Shown piece after piece: positions 18,326 through 27,891 of a DNA stretch of 46,924 nt; position 1 is the stretch's first letter, and each line of letters begins with the position of its first letter. The DNA is from a virus (Duplodnaviria; Heunggongvirae; Uroviricota; Caudoviricetes). Below the pieces are notes generated by a model that did not search any database, had not been told where the DNA came from, and saw nothing but the letters and a program-made list of their open reading frames with translations. Position numbers and translations under genes: made by a program. Location of the stretch: IMG/VR virus record IMGVR_UViG_2695420343_000002; one strand, written 5' to 3'.

Positions 18326-20161
18326 TCATCTGCCAATATGCGTATAGCCAACATCGTGATTTATATCAAAACCGCTGGATCGCGTTTCCATAACCCGCAT
18401 ACCCGGAGGCGAATTCACAAAAGAGACCTTGATCTCACCGTCAACTTTTGGCGCAGAAGCTTTGTTAATCATGAAGGGATTCGGGCCTGTAGCATCGGAG
18501 GCGTTGTTTGACTGAGCCGGATCTACCGCCGGATAAGGTGTGTATCCCCGTGGCGGTATTCCCGTCCCATAAGCATCATAAGCACCCGCGCCCCACTGCG
18601 CCGAGTTAATGGCATCGACCGTGTCACCGGAACTGTCGGTAAACCACTCAATAATTGGCTTCAGCTTGTCCCACATATCCTGAAACCACTTAACAACCGG
18701 TCCCCAGTTATTGATTACCATCCCCAGCGGCGACCAGGCAAAAACCTTCTTCAGAAGTTCCCAGCCAGCCTCAAAATAAGGACCAATGGTTTCCCAGAGC
18801 TTCTTGAAATAAGGTCCAACAACATCCCAGTTAGTGATAATTAATCCCGCAGCCAAGGCAATCGCCGTCGCAATCATGCCAATCGGCGTCATCGACATGA
18901 TCCTGCTGACGATACTGATGGCACTGCCCACGCCCATCAATCCCAGTTTCAGAATCGCAAGACCGGCAGCAAGCCCGACGACGCCGCGAATAACCCGGGG
19001 ATTTTCATCCGCAAACTTCGTGAATTTTTCCCCCAACTCCCCCAGCCATTGCGTGATATTTTTGGCGTCACCAGAAAATGCGCCGCCAATAGCCGCAAGG
19101 CCGTTAGTTGCGGTCCCCGTCATTGCCTCCCACAGGTTGGACAGCGTACCAAGCTGTGCCTGAACACGTTTATTCAGGCTGGCCTGTTTATTCATCTTCT
19201 GCTGGATCTGATCGTAGCCATCCTTTCCTTTATCGATTAGTGCATTGACCACCTGAAGGGTTTCGGCATCATCACCAAATATTGCCTTAAGTACACCTGT
19301 TCGCTTAACGTCGGTCAGTTTTCGCAGCTTTGCCAGTTGCCTGAACATGTTATCAAGACCGCCAAAACTTCCTTTGCCGTCAGTAAAATCGAGCTGTACC
19401 CCGAGTCTCTGGCGGGCCATGACTTTATTGACGTCCCTGATTTTCTTAACGCTTAATCCGGACTGGATAACTTTTCGCAGGGCATTACCTGCCGACTCCC
19501 CGTTCATCCCCATCTGATCCATCATGACGCTGATGGGGGCAAGGCTCTGTGCAGCCTGAAGACCGTCCTTGTTCACCATCTTCAGAACAGAACTGGTTTT
19601 AGTGAAGAAGGACAACATGTTGGTATCGTCAACGCCCAGATAAAACGCCTTCTGGATAGTGTCGAACAGCCCCATCATGTCTTCTGACGCCGTTCCGGTA
19701 GCATCCTGCATCTTTGCAGCAAACTCAGCAGCCGCTTCCGGTGTTTTTTTCAGTTGTACCGCAAGATAAGCTGTCGCTTTACCCACACCACCAAGAATGT
19801 TTTCTGCCGGGATCCCCTGACGCACCAGCATCTGCATCATGTTCTGGAAATCAGCCGTTGTACCGGGTAGCTGGTTACCCAGGCCAATAGCCAGTTTATT
19901 GATGTCCTGAAAGCTCTTTCCAACCTCGCCGTTCGCATCCATCATGGCGACTTTCAGCCCGGTGGCGGCGTTTTCCTGATCGGCATAAGATTTCAGGGAA
20001 AGCGTCAGACCCGCTGCCAGTCCGCCACCAAGCGCCAGCCCACCCTGTGACGCTTCTTCCGCCTGGCGTTTAAATCCCCGGATTTTCTTTTGCATTTTCG
20101 ACAGCGCGGGAGAAAGCCTGTCGACACCGGTGATCAACGCCTTAAGCTCAAATTCAGCCAT
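18326..20161 (-). CDS. Tail tape measure protein
   Basis: 611 aa, helical and Gly/Ala-rich, preceded by a frameshifted chaperone pair. Confidence 0.85.
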   Translation of the reverse strand: MAEFELKALITGVDRLSPALSKMQKKIRGFKRQAEEASQGGLALGGGLAAGLTLSLKSYADQENAATGLKVAMMDANGEVGKSFQDINKLAIGLGNQLPGTTADFQNMMQMLVRQGIPAENILGGVGKATAYLAVQLKKTPEAAAEFAAKMQDATGTASEDMMGLFDTIQKAFYLGVDDTNMLSFFTKTSSVLKMVNKDGLQAAQSLAPISVMMDQMGMNGESAGNALRKVIQSGLSVKKIRDVNKVMARQRLGVQLDFTDGKGSFGGLDNMFRQLAKLRKLTDVKRTGVLKAIFGDDAETLQVVNALIDKGKDGYDQIQQKMNKQASLNKRVQAQLGTLSNLWEAMTGTATNGLAAIGGAFSGDAKNITQWLGELGEKFTKFADENPRVIRGVVGLAAGLAILKLGLMGVGSAISIVSRIMSMTPIGMIATAIALAAGLIITNWDVVGPYFKKLWETIGPYFEAGWELLKKVFAWSPLGMVINNWGPVVKWFQDMWDKLKPIIEWFTDSSGDTVDAINSAQWGAGAYDAYGTGIPPRGYTPYPAVDPAQSNNASDATGPNPFMINKASAPKVDGEIKVSFVNSPPGMRVMETRSSGFDINHDVGYTHIGR

Positions 20162-20336
20162 GTGTGCGTTTCTCCTGCTCTATCCTGTTTGCCTGACTGA
20201 CCAGCAAGGGAATTTCACTGATCGGCATATTCAGCAATTCGAAGGGATTAATGCGCCAGTAACTGGCGCAGTCAAAGAAGCGATCAGTGAGGTATTCAGC
20301 CGTCAGGCCTGGAGGAAAAAACCGGCCACAAGCCAC
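20154..20336 (-). CDS. Tail assembly chaperone frameshift extension
   Basis: Overlaps the 3' end of 20303-20572 in another frame and ends 8 nt into the tape-measure gene. Confidence 0.5.
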   Translation of the reverse strand: MACGRFFPPGLTAEYLTDRFFDCASYWRINPFELLNMPISEIPLLVSQANRIEQEKRTHG

Positions 20337-20572
20337 GCCGCTGCATTCAGGTCTGCCGGAGACATCTGGTCGACAGAGCTTTGCGGCACTTTCGCCAGCC
20401 GCACGATGTATTTCGATACCACATGCGCCAGAAGTCTGACGGACTCATCCTGATTCATCTGGTAGGGATATCCCAGCTCGCGGACATCTTTCCCGGTGGG
20501 CTCATCAAACTCCAGTACGGAGAGTGTCTCGCCATGAGCGGTAATCGGTTTCTTTAACTCAAGCTCTTTCAT
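20303..20572 (-). CDS. Tail assembly chaperone
   Basis: 89 aa between tube and tape-measure genes. Confidence 0.65.
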   Translation of the reverse strand: MKELELKKPITAHGETLSVLEFDEPTGKDVRELGYPYQMNQDESVRLLAHVVSKYIVRLAKVPQSSVDQMSPADLNAAAWLVAGFFLQA

Positions 20573-20928
20573 TACTGGTAATCCCCTTCTTCACCGTGGA
20601 ACTCAAGATCGACCGTGCCTTCTTCGGCATTATGGTTCGCTTCGCCGTGCAGCCAGGCAGACGACAGTACATAGACCTGACCGTTCGCCAGCTCGGCAGT
20701 GATGGTCATCTCATCAGACGAGGTGATTTTGCTCACCGGAAAATTCTTCGGCACCTTGAAGGTCCCTTTGACATAAGGTGCACGGTGAGTTTCCTTGCGG
20801 TCCACTGAACCGTCCAGGCCGATGATGTCATCGTTAACCGTTTTGTTCATGGGCACCTCAATGCCGCCGGTCAGCGATAGCTGCTGACCGTCAATTTTGA
20901 AATAACAGGTTCCCCCGATACGGGCCAT
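20572..20928 (-). CDS. Tail tube protein (Mu-like)
   Basis: 118 aa immediately after the sheath gene. Confidence 0.7.
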   Translation of the reverse strand: MARIGGTCYFKIDGQQLSLTGGIEVPMNKTVNDDIIGLDGSVDRKETHRAPYVKGTFKVPKNFPVSKITSSDEMTITAELANGQVYVLSSAWLHGEANHNAEEGTVDLEFHGEEGDYQ

Positions 20929-22424
20929 TATGCAGACTCCTCTGAATACTGAAGACGGAACTGGTTAACCACGGCAAAGACACGCAACTGGTTAACATAG
21001 TCAGGCGGGAACAGCGTGTTCAGGCGGTTCGGATCGCTGGCATCACGCTCCACAACCAGGTACTGCTTAAACAGTTCGTAGTTTTCCACGATCCCCGCAC
21101 GCTCGAGCTGACGGTAGGTTGCCAGCAGTTCCCCTTTGATCACCGCCGGGGTGACAATCGCCTGACCGGGACCAAAGCGGGTACCGTCACTGGCAAGCTT
21201 GTGACGCCCGTACTTACTGGTAATGACGGATTTCAGTTTGCGCAGTACATACGCGCTGGTATGCAGCGTCTCACTGTCGAGGTAGCTGTTATCCGCAACC
21301 CCGTAAGCGTTTTTCCTGTACGTGGTGACATCACGCTGAATGCGCAGTACCCCACTTTCGACATACGCCGTTGCCACGCCATGAGACAGCAGGGTCTGTT
21401 GCTCGGTCATCGTGAACCGTTTCCCCTTCGGCGCAGGCAGCATACCCACCAGCTCACCGGTCTGCGTGGGACGTGCCGGATCGTTGCGAATAAACACCGC
21501 TGCGCGGGCGGTACGGCTTGCCGCCAGCTCGTCGGCTGGCGTCTGAGTGTCTTTTTCGTATCCCGCCAGGGTAATGTGCTGCTGGTTAAACTGGTCACCT
21601 GCGGTCACCAGTTCTGACAGCGTGCCGATCTTTGCCGTATACACATGACCATACAGCTGACGCGCATAGCTCCAGCGACCGCTGGTATCGTTCATCTCGG
21701 TCACCAGCGTGTTAACGGAGGCCGTGTCGTTGAACGGCAGGCCGATATAATCAAACGGCTCATCCGCCATTGCAGCCACCGCGCCGGTGAGAACCGGAGC
21801 GCCCGTTCCGGCGGTACCCGTCGCCACGGCAATCTGTACGCCCGCTGGCAGCACTTCGCCCCCACCAAACCCGTAGTAATTGAGGCTGACAGGAATTTCA
21901 TTCCCGCAAAGCCCCTTATGACGCGCGGTCAGTGTGACCACGCCTGCCGAAGATGAAGCCGTAAACGGCAGGGCCGGAACGGCATTGATGGCATCTTTGA
22001 TACTGCCGGCAATCGTCGCAACGTTATCGCCGTTGGTCACCGGTGCCTGTACGCGGGTACGTCCCACATAAACATTAACCGTGCCGGTTTCGGTTGCCGC
22101 CCCGGTCACCGTCAGCGTAACCGTTGCCGCCGCGCCCGTGGATTCAGGAACGGCAATCACATACAGCTCACCAAACGGGTCGGTCTGGCGATAAGCCTCG
22201 ACCATACGCGCCAGCTGACTTCCCGCACCACAAATCTGGCGTGCATAGTCTGCCGACGGCATCAGCACCAGACTGTTGGCAACAATCTCTGCACCGTTAT
22301 TGGCATGACCAATCAGCAGCGATGCTCCGCTGTCCTGTGCAGTATTCGCCGCCTGGTTATCCATTTCCGCATAAAACAGCGGAACCAGCGTATTCGACGG
22401 AATGGTGTTAAAGCTTATCGTCAT
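20928..22424 (-). CDS. Contractile tail sheath protein
   Basis: 498 aa; size, composition and position upstream of the tube gene. Confidence 0.8.
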   Translation of the reverse strand: MTISFNTIPSNTLVPLFYAEMDNQAANTAQDSGASLLIGHANNGAEIVANSLVLMPSADYARQICGAGSQLARMVEAYRQTDPFGELYVIAVPESTGAAATVTLTVTGAATETGTVNVYVGRTRVQAPVTNGDNVATIAGSIKDAINAVPALPFTASSSAGVVTLTARHKGLCGNEIPVSLNYYGFGGGEVLPAGVQIAVATGTAGTGAPVLTGAVAAMADEPFDYIGLPFNDTASVNTLVTEMNDTSGRWSYARQLYGHVYTAKIGTLSELVTAGDQFNQQHITLAGYEKDTQTPADELAASRTARAAVFIRNDPARPTQTGELVGMLPAPKGKRFTMTEQQTLLSHGVATAYVESGVLRIQRDVTTYRKNAYGVADNSYLDSETLHTSAYVLRKLKSVITSKYGRHKLASDGTRFGPGQAIVTPAVIKGELLATYRQLERAGIVENYELFKQYLVVERDASDPNRLNTLFPPDYVNQLRVFAVVNQFRLQYSEESA

Positions 22425-22578
22425 CGGTGTTCACCTTTTTATTCACGCGCCGGATATCACCCGCTGCTTCACGGCGCAGCCAGTAGTTGTTCTCATCAAC
22501 ATTTCGCCCTTCGGTGGGCAAAAGGTCACCGCGGGCAGGGTCAGGCACTGACCGCCCTTTAACAGGTTTCACAAACAT
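22408..22578 (-). CDS. Small tail-module protein, DUF2635-like (below track cutoff)
   Basis: Hand translation: MFVKPVKGRSVPDPARGDLLPTEGRNVDENNYWLRREAAGDIRRVNKKVNTDDDKL; starts 8 nt after the upstream stop. Confidence 0.5.
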   Translation of the reverse strand: MFVKPVKGRSVPDPARGDLLPTEGRNVDENNYWLRREAAGDIRRVNKKVNTDDDKL

Positions 22579-22586
22579 GAAGATTC

Positions 22587-23147
22587 TCAGGAAGGAAGGG
22601 TTATTTCGGTGTGATGTTCGATATCGCCGTCAGGCCCGTTACCGGGATCGAGATAATCAACATCAATCGCCAGCGTTCGCAGTTCATCCAGACTGTTCAG
22701 GTCATCCTGCTGGCGGGTATCGTCTTCGGTCAGCTCGCTGATGACCGAAAAATCGAACTGATAAATCAGCTCATGACGATTCAGATCCAGCAGCGTGCCG
22801 CCGTCATAGGTAATCGGGTTACCGCACGCTTCCGGGTTCCAGCCCAGCAGGGCCTTAAAGAGCATCTGCCGGACATCGTCCACCACATCATACGAAGCAA
22901 ACTGACCGCGCTCATCACGCCCGTTACTCAGTATGACAACCACGGAGAAGCCCTCTTTCAGCTCCTGCCAGTAGTCGGTCTGGCTTTTGTTTTCTCCCGG
23001 AGAGTCATCACCCGGTACCACATACGCCGCCGGGAGTCTCAGCTTTCCGACCTCCGGCAGATTTTTGAACTGTGCCGCGCCTGCCACCCGGTTTTCAAAA
23101 TACGGGCAGCGGGCACGCAGCGCAGCAATAACAGGCGTCAGTTTCAT
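22587..23147 (-). CDS. Tail completion/terminator-like protein (Mu gp37-like)
   Basis: 186 aa between head-tail genes and sheath; call is by position only. Confidence 0.45.
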   Translation of the reverse strand: MKLTPVIAALRARCPYFENRVAGAAQFKNLPEVGKLRLPAAYVVPGDDSPGENKSQTDYWQELKEGFSVVVILSNGRDERGQFASYDVVDDVRQMLFKALLGWNPEACGNPITYDGGTLLDLNRHELIYQFDFSVISELTEDDTRQQDDLNSLDELRTLAIDVDYLDPGNGPDGDIEHHTEITLPS

Positions 23148-23650
23148 CTGTGTCGTCGCTCCGGCTTCAGTGATTTACGCAATTCCCGCGCCAGAAAATA
23201 GCGTGTCCAGCTGCGGTTCTTTTCAAGAGTTTCCACCATGAAGTTATTACGTGGAGCCAGTCGCCAGCCGCTGCCACCGGATGCACCACGATGATGACTA
23301 CGACGACGTTTTGCTCCTCCCCGGACACCAAAAAACAGAAACGCCGGATAGAAGTCACCAGAGATCATCCGGTTCCCCTTCCCGTTGCGCTGGTTAGGGG
23401 CAATGCGTGTCATAAAACCGGCTCGCTTTTTACTGGCTCTCGGCACCATATAACCAATCGAACGAGCCAGGCGTCCGGTCTGATAACCGGGGTTTTCACC
23501 CGGTGCCGACCGCGCACGGCGCATCACCAGCCGACGGGCATCACGCATATGACGCTGCCCAATCGTGACAAACGCCCGCCGGACACGGGCGCGGTTAAAG
23601 CGCATCTCGGCGGGCTGCTGAACATCAACGTGAAAAAAGGGAGTCACCAT
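23144..23650 (-). CDS. HK97 gp10-like head-tail protein
   Basis: 168 aa, basic, follows the head-tail joining gene. Confidence 0.5.
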   Translation of the reverse strand: MVTPFFHVDVQQPAEMRFNRARVRRAFVTIGQRHMRDARRLVMRRARSAPGENPGYQTGRLARSIGYMVPRASKKRAGFMTRIAPNQRNGKGNRMISGDFYPAFLFFGVRGGAKRRRSHHRGASGGSGWRLAPRNNFMVETLEKNRSWTRYFLARELRKSLKPERRHR

Positions 23651-24035
23651 TGCTGCCTCCGTGACTCTGCCTACATTCGCCCAGCTCCGTACACTCCAGC
23701 AGCAGAAAGCGCCGCGCCCCGTTCAGATCACGCTGACGTTTCACCCGGTACACACTGTCATCACAGACCACCTCATAATCAGCAGTGATCCCCCGGCGGT
23801 AACGAATGGTGATGTAATGGGTGATGGCGTCCCCGGTCTGCGCGGTTTCCTGCCAGGTGGTGGCACTGGTCTGGATAACCTTCGCCCATGTCCGGAACGT
23901 AACCGGGTATTGAGGCTCCACGCCAAAGTTATCCGCGGGCATATCCACCCGCTGGCGGATCAGGACGCGTTTATTCAGTTCACCGGGGTCCGGCAGAATG
24001 TAGGTTGCGCTGGTCTGCGCCTGACGAATTTTCAT
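23625..24035 (-). CDS. Head-tail joining (head closure) protein
   Basis: 136 aa after the gp6-like connector. Confidence 0.55.
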   Translation of the reverse strand: MKIRQAQTSATYILPDPGELNKRVLIRQRVDMPADNFGVEPQYPVTFRTWAKVIQTSATTWQETAQTGDAITHYITIRYRRGITADYEVVCDDSVYRVKRQRDLNGARRFLLLECTELGECRQSHGGSNGDSLFSR

Positions 24036-24355
24036 TGCGGAAAGTACCTGTACGGGCCGACAAGCCAGCCAAAACTCTGCGGCATGTCGAGTTTCTCCAC
24101 TTCCGTAACCGACGAGCGGTTTTCGTAAAAATGGCTGATAAGCATCAGCATCCCCAGACGAATATCATCCGGCAGGTGCAGCCCGTCCGGATCGCTGTCC
24201 GGAATGGTTTCATCCGGAGCATAGAGCTTCCGGTTCAGATACGTTTCCGTCCGCTTTTGCGCCGCACAGGCCAGCAGTTGCAGATGGCGGTCATCAGCAT
24301 CGAAATCCTCATCCAGCCTGAGTTGGGCTTTAATCTCTTCCATTGTCAGAAGCAT
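24032..24355 (-). CDS. Head-tail connector (gp6-like)
   Basis: 107 aa, acidic, downstream of the capsid gene. Confidence 0.55.
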   Translation of the reverse strand: MLLTMEEIKAQLRLDEDFDADDRHLQLLACAAQKRTETYLNRKLYAPDETIPDSDPDGLHLPDDIRLGMLMLISHFYENRSSVTEVEKLDMPQSFGWLVGPYRYFPQ

Positions 24356-24367
24356 ACTCAGCCCTCT

Positions 24368-24559
24368 TTACTGGTCGTGGCTTTTTTTCTCTTTTGTCGC
24401 TTTACTGCTTTTTGCACTGGTTCCGCGCTCTGCTAACCCGGCCTGAAGTGCAATCTCCTGCACCCGGGCAGGAAGCGCCCCGTCGTCATACTCACCGGCC
24501 CGAATGACCTCAACACGCATACCGTCCGGTGACCATTTCAGATCTTGTTTCAGGATCAT
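24368..24559 (-). CDS. Hypothetical small head-module protein
   Basis: 63-aa ORF between capsid and connector genes. Confidence 0.4.
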   Translation of the reverse strand: MILKQDLKWSPDGMRVEVIRAGEYDDGALPARVQEIALQAGLAERGTSAKSSKATKEKKSHDQ

Positions 24560-24608
24560 GATTCTTCACCCGTCAGAACAGGGGGCGCGGTTCCACGCCC
24601 CTGAGTGA

Positions 24609-25814
24609 TTACGCCGCTGCAATCTTCAGCAGTTTGATGGCCTGCGAATCGACCAGCATCCCGCCGGTGCGCTTGGTGGTATAAAAACCGACAAACGGTT
24701 TATTGGTGTACGGGTCACGCAGAATGCGGGTGCCGATACGGTCAACGATGGTGTAACCCCGTTTGAAGTTACCAAATGCAATGGCTTTCGCATCAGCGGC
24801 GATATCCGGCATCTGTTCGTTTTCAGCGATACCGTAACCCGCCAGAGAGGACGGCTGCCCCAGTTCCAGCCCCGGACGCCACAGATAGTTACCCTCGGTG
24901 TCTTTCAGCAGACGGATGGCAAACAGGCTGTTGTTGTTCATCATGAACTTCGCGCCAGTGCGGTGTGCCTTACGCAGCGTGTAAATCAGTTTGATAATGG
25001 CGTCTGCGGTCACCGCGGTCGCTTCGCCGGATACAATATGCTGAAGTTTGCCGAACGCCCGGACCTTGTCGTTTTCATCAGTGGATTCATACGCCAGGAA
25101 CCCTTTCGGCTTCTTGGTGCCATCGCCTGAGGTAAAGGCAATTTCTTCCTGTTCGGCAAATTCAGTTGCCAGCTCGCTGTTGATCCAGGCCTCCACGTTG
25201 AAGAAGGCATCGTCCAGCATTTTCTGGGTAGCCTGCGGGTTGCCGTAAATTTCCCCCATGAGAGGTTCAATCAGCTCCAGTCTGGAGGTGGCAGTCTGGG
25301 ATCGCGTATCCGTTTCCCCCACCCATCCGGAAGCCGTACCGCCCAGATTCACCAGTTTTTTGTAGTCGGAACCGCCAACAGTGATCACCGTAGCTTCCTG
25401 GCGCATCACCACTTCATCTTTCAGCAGGGTGAGAATGTTGCGATCCAGTGCTTCCGGCACGGCATAGCCACCGTCTTCATCGGTGCCCACCTGTAATGCC
25501 TTGCGCTCCAGATCGCGCAGACCGTCTTCACGGCCTTTACGCAGAAAGCCCACAAACGCTTCTTTATGCTCAGTGGCCAGTTTATTTTGCACACCACCTG
25601 CCGGACGTTTCAGCTCAAGCAGCTCTTTTTCAAGATCGCTTTTGAGATTTTCCAGCTCGCTGAGTTTCCCGTTCAGGGTTTCCACCTGCCCGGCAAGTTT
25701 GCCTTTTTCCTGCTCAATCGCATCCACGCGCTTGTCGTTCTTTGCCTTGAAGTCGTCAAACTTCTGCTGCAGCTCCTGCGCGACCTGTTCCACATCTTTA
25801 ATATCAACCGCCAT
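24609..25814 (-). CDS. Major capsid protein, HK97 family
   Basis: 401 aa with N-terminal coiled-coil delta domain, directly after the prohead protease. Confidence 0.85.
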   Translation of the reverse strand: MAVDIKDVEQVAQELQQKFDDFKAKNDKRVDAIEQEKGKLAGQVETLNGKLSELENLKSDLEKELLELKRPAGGVQNKLATEHKEAFVGFLRKGREDGLRDLERKALQVGTDEDGGYAVPEALDRNILTLLKDEVVMRQEATVITVGGSDYKKLVNLGGTASGWVGETDTRSQTATSRLELIEPLMGEIYGNPQATQKMLDDAFFNVEAWINSELATEFAEQEEIAFTSGDGTKKPKGFLAYESTDENDKVRAFGKLQHIVSGEATAVTADAIIKLIYTLRKAHRTGAKFMMNNNSLFAIRLLKDTEGNYLWRPGLELGQPSSLAGYGIAENEQMPDIAADAKAIAFGNFKRGYTIVDRIGTRILRDPYTNKPFVGFYTTKRTGGMLVDSQAIKLLKIAAA

Positions 25815-25828
25815 CGTATTTCTCCTGA

Positions 25829-26515
25829 TTAGAAGTTCAGATTTTTCAGTGCATTCAGTGCAGAGCCCACATCCTCAGCGTCGCGCAGGGACAGTGCGCC
25901 ATAGCCCCCGGCCATGAATGCTTTGGCCTGGGTACGGGAGAGTCCGACATCACGCAGGACTCTTTCGATTTTTTTCTGTTCAGGGATTTCCCCGCGGGCC
26001 AGCGCGTTCTTGACGTCGCTGATCCGCGCCTCGTCGTTAGACGGAAACGTCACCAGACTGACTTCCCAGAGGTCGATTTCTTTCAGCAAAAAGGCTTCTT
26101 TCGTCCGGTCGTATTCCCAGTCTTTCAGGACGTACCCAATAGAAAGGCCGGTTAACGAACCGGCCTTCATGTGTGCATGTGCGCGTTTTGCCAGGGGATC
26201 ATCATCAATGAGCAACCGCCCCCTGACGTAAAGCCCGACATCGTCTTCCTTCATTTCGGTGTAAACTCCGATGGGCTCATCCATGCGGTGCTGCCAGAGC
26301 AGCGCAGGTAACGCTTTTCTGTCACTCCACGCCCGCAGGGAAGCAGCAAATGCCCCGGACATCACCACATCATCGTGGCTGTCCTTTACACCAAAGACGG
26401 AGCCATACCCTTCAAACTCACCGGAGTCACTGACAGATTTCAGACTCAGCGGTACATCAAGACGTTGTTTCGTCTGCATTGGCGTTATCCTTCTGCTTAC
26501 CGGCTTTACTGCCAT
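25829..26515 (-). CDS. Prohead protease, HK97 family
   Basis: 228 aa between portal and capsid genes. Confidence 0.8.
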   Translation of the reverse strand: MAVKPVSRRITPMQTKQRLDVPLSLKSVSDSGEFEGYGSVFGVKDSHDDVVMSGAFAASLRAWSDRKALPALLWQHRMDEPIGVYTEMKEDDVGLYVRGRLLIDDDPLAKRAHAHMKAGSLTGLSIGYVLKDWEYDRTKEAFLLKEIDLWEVSLVTFPSNDEARISDVKNALARGEIPEQKKIERVLRDVGLSRTQAKAFMAGGYGALSLRDAEDVGSALNALKNLNF

Positions 26516-27698
26516 CGGAGGGTTTCGTGGTCATGTTCATCGGTGTGAGATAGACATCACCACCGGGACGCGGATTCATATCTTCCAGGTCGCGGCAGTC
26601 ATTGGGAGAGTAAATTCCCCAGTTGATCCCGGTGGCGTAGGCTTCAAAACGGGACTTCATATCCCCGCGCAGTAACGCCCCGGCGTTAAATTTGGCGTAA
26701 TAAACGCCCTGCTTACTTTTTCGTACCAGTCCGGTGTTGATCCGCTGTTCGATGCGGGTCAGATACGGCACCAGTGAATAGTTGATAAATCCCAGCCCCA
26801 GCTCTTCGATATTGTTGAAGGTGGCGCGATCGGTGTTCTGCACCATGTGCAACGGCACCCGGAACAGACGACAGATTTCTTCAAGCTGAAACTTGCGGGT
26901 TTCCAGGAACTGGCTGTCCTCGGCGTTCAGCGCCATCGACTTCCAGTCCAGCCCCATCTCAAGGATCATCGGGCGGTGAGCATTGCCAAGCCCGGTGTGA
27001 CGCTCCTCAAAATCTTTCTTCAGGCGCTCATAAGCCTGATCTGACAGCGTCTGCTCTGTACGCAACACACCCGACGTCACCGCGCCATTGCTGAACAGTC
27101 TGGCCCCGTGCTCTTCGGTCGCTGCCGCCAGCGATATTGCCTCGCGGGCATAGGCGACGGGATTCAGCCCCACCAGTCCGTCCAGCGTCAGCGTGCGCAC
27201 ATGCCAGATATCCTCCTGGCTCAGTACATCCGTGGAGCCATCCGGGAATGTGACCTGATAGACCGGCTCCCAGCTACTGTTAAGCTTCGGTACCACACAG
27301 CCGGGATCGACGGGCAGCAGTTCAGCCACTTCGCCAAATGCTTTCACTTTGTAGGCGTAAAAGTTTCCCCGCAGGCACAGACAGGTGACCACCAGCTCCC
27401 AGAACTCCTGCGGCGTCATATAGCCATTGGGATGCGTGGAGATCAGCTTATGCAGACGTTCGCCAGTGGCTCTCTGCTTCAGGCTGCCGTTCAGGTGATA
27501 CAGGTTGCAGGGCAACATCCCGACCGACTCCGCCAGCACCCTGACACAGGAAAAAACCGCCGTCAGTCGCATGGCCCGCTGGCTGCTGATCTGCTTTCCG
27601 GTATAGGTGTCGTAGGACAAACCGATAGCATCCGCCAGCTCTGCTGGCGTGGTCACCGGTGCGTCACTTTTTCGTTGAAATAATCCCGAAAAGAACAC
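26457..27698 (-). CDS. Portal protein, HK97 family
   Basis: 413 aa following the large terminase. Confidence 0.85.
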   Translation of the reverse strand: MFFSGLFQRKSDAPVTTPAELADAIGLSYDTYTGKQISSQRAMRLTAVFSCVRVLAESVGMLPCNLYHLNGSLKQRATGERLHKLISTHPNGYMTPQEFWELVVTCLCLRGNFYAYKVKAFGEVAELLPVDPGCVVPKLNSSWEPVYQVTFPDGSTDVLSQEDIWHVRTLTLDGLVGLNPVAYAREAISLAAATEEHGARLFSNGAVTSGVLRTEQTLSDQAYERLKKDFEERHTGLGNAHRPMILEMGLDWKSMALNAEDSQFLETRKFQLEEICRLFRVPLHMVQNTDRATFNNIEELGLGFINYSLVPYLTRIEQRINTGLVRKSKQGVYYAKFNAGALLRGDMKSRFEAYATGINWGIYSPNDCRDLEDMNPRPGGDVYLTPMNMTTKPSDGSKAGKQKDNANADETTS

Positions 27699-27880
27699 TA
27701 TTTACCTCCGCCGACAGACGACTGTGTACGGTCGAGATATCGCGCCACCAGCCACGACCAGAACAGGCACAACGCCCCGGCAACAACAAACCCCGCCGGG
27801 GGATAAATCAGCCAGGCACCATACGCCAGCAAAAGCGCACCCAGCACGCCCACCAGAGGCGCGAGAATCAGCATGATCAT
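27698..27880 (-). CDS. Small membrane protein, hypothetical
   Basis: 60 aa, two hydrophobic segments, between terminase and portal. Confidence 0.4.
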
Positions 27881-27891
27881 AATTACCTCAG

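Noticed and set aside
18834-19163. Plus-strand ORFs inside long minus-strand structural genes (for example 18834-19163, 21201-21617, 22611-23201, 25483-25917, 27108-27683, 16571-17152, 14383-14841)
   Set aside because: Antisense shadow ORFs typical of GC-rich coding regions; low-complexity translations and no RBS.
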